61,976 bases of DNA from Octopus bimaculoides (lineage: Eukaryota): contig NC_068982.1 in NCBI RefSeq assembly GCF_001194135.2, positions 84,765,693-84,827,668 of the forward strand. The letters run 5' to 3'. Positions 61,611 through 61,976 of the stretch are shown in pieces; the stretch's first letter is position 1, and the number at the start of each line of letters is the position of its first letter. The translations under genes and the position numbers were made by a program. The notes beneath the pieces are model-generated. The model was not told the DNA's origin, did not search any database, and worked only from the letters and a program-made list of their open reading frames with translations.

Positions 61611-61798
61611 AATTTCCAGGACTGCATGCTGATCTCAATGAGATCATGTTCATTAAAAATAGATATTTATTAATGAAATTTTCTAGTTATGCTCCAGATG
61701 TTTGAATATATTGCACTGTAGAAAATTTCATTAAAATATGTCTATTTTCAATGAACACGACCTCGCCGAGTGAGAGTCATCATGCAGTTCTAGAAATT
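61611..61798. repeat. Imperfect palindrome with ~75-80-bp arms
   Basis: AATTTCCAGGACTGCATG..GTTCATTAAAAATAGA..TTAATGAAATTTTCTA is mirrored at 61719-61798. Confidence 0.75.
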
Positions 61799-61801
61799 CA
61801 C

Positions 61802-61976
61802 CTACTCAACATTATACACTTCAGAAATGGCAGCCAAAAAATAAACAAATGTTTTCTTCTTTTGGGATTGAATTCCGCCATAGAAATTCATATAGATAAG
61901 ATGAGATTGAGGATTTCGTTTTCAGCAACAATAAGATGTTGTGCAGCCGGTCTTCCACGAGGCATTTTCGATTTCT
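61802..61976 (-). pseudogene. Probable Merlin (ISXO2/IS1595-like) transposase C-terminus
   Basis: KSKMPRGR, then after a frameshift SSYLYEFLWRNS..EENI..FLAAISEVY*, resembling the Merlin YLxEFxWR motif. Confidence 0.5.

Overview
Repeat-dense, AT-rich animal genomic DNA with 12 N-gaps (about 5 kb in total). The repeat repertoire resembles Octopus/coleoid cephalopod DNA; this is inferred from repeat families, not proven. No intact host protein-coding gene can be recognised. Almost all coding-looking sequence is decayed, nested transposon DNA. It includes many RTE LINE fragments and (GAT)n tails, RTE-BovB-like and CR1 LINE pieces, tRNA-derived SINEs, three Ty3/gypsy LTR elements (one with both LTRs), Helitron fragments, mariner, maT (DD37D), Tc1, hAT and probably Merlin DNA transposons, several foldback MITEs, and at least three distinct types of Penelope-like element (PLE). 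The main highlights are: (1) a type I hammerhead ribozyme with an intact core and long stem II at 41371-41475, at the 3' end of a Naiad-type PLE; (2) a two-LTR gypsy element at 34689-38808 whose primer-binding site is not tRNA-like but is complementary to its own LTR, suggesting self-priming; (3) a hAT transposase interrupted by an in-frame GT-AG intron that has absorbed a maT transposon and RTE insertions; (4) a CpG-rich TATA and splice-donor island at about 51.8-52.2 kb that may start an unannotated + strand transcript. Translations, alignments and folds were done by eye, and TE fragment boundaries are approximate unless terminal motifs are cited.
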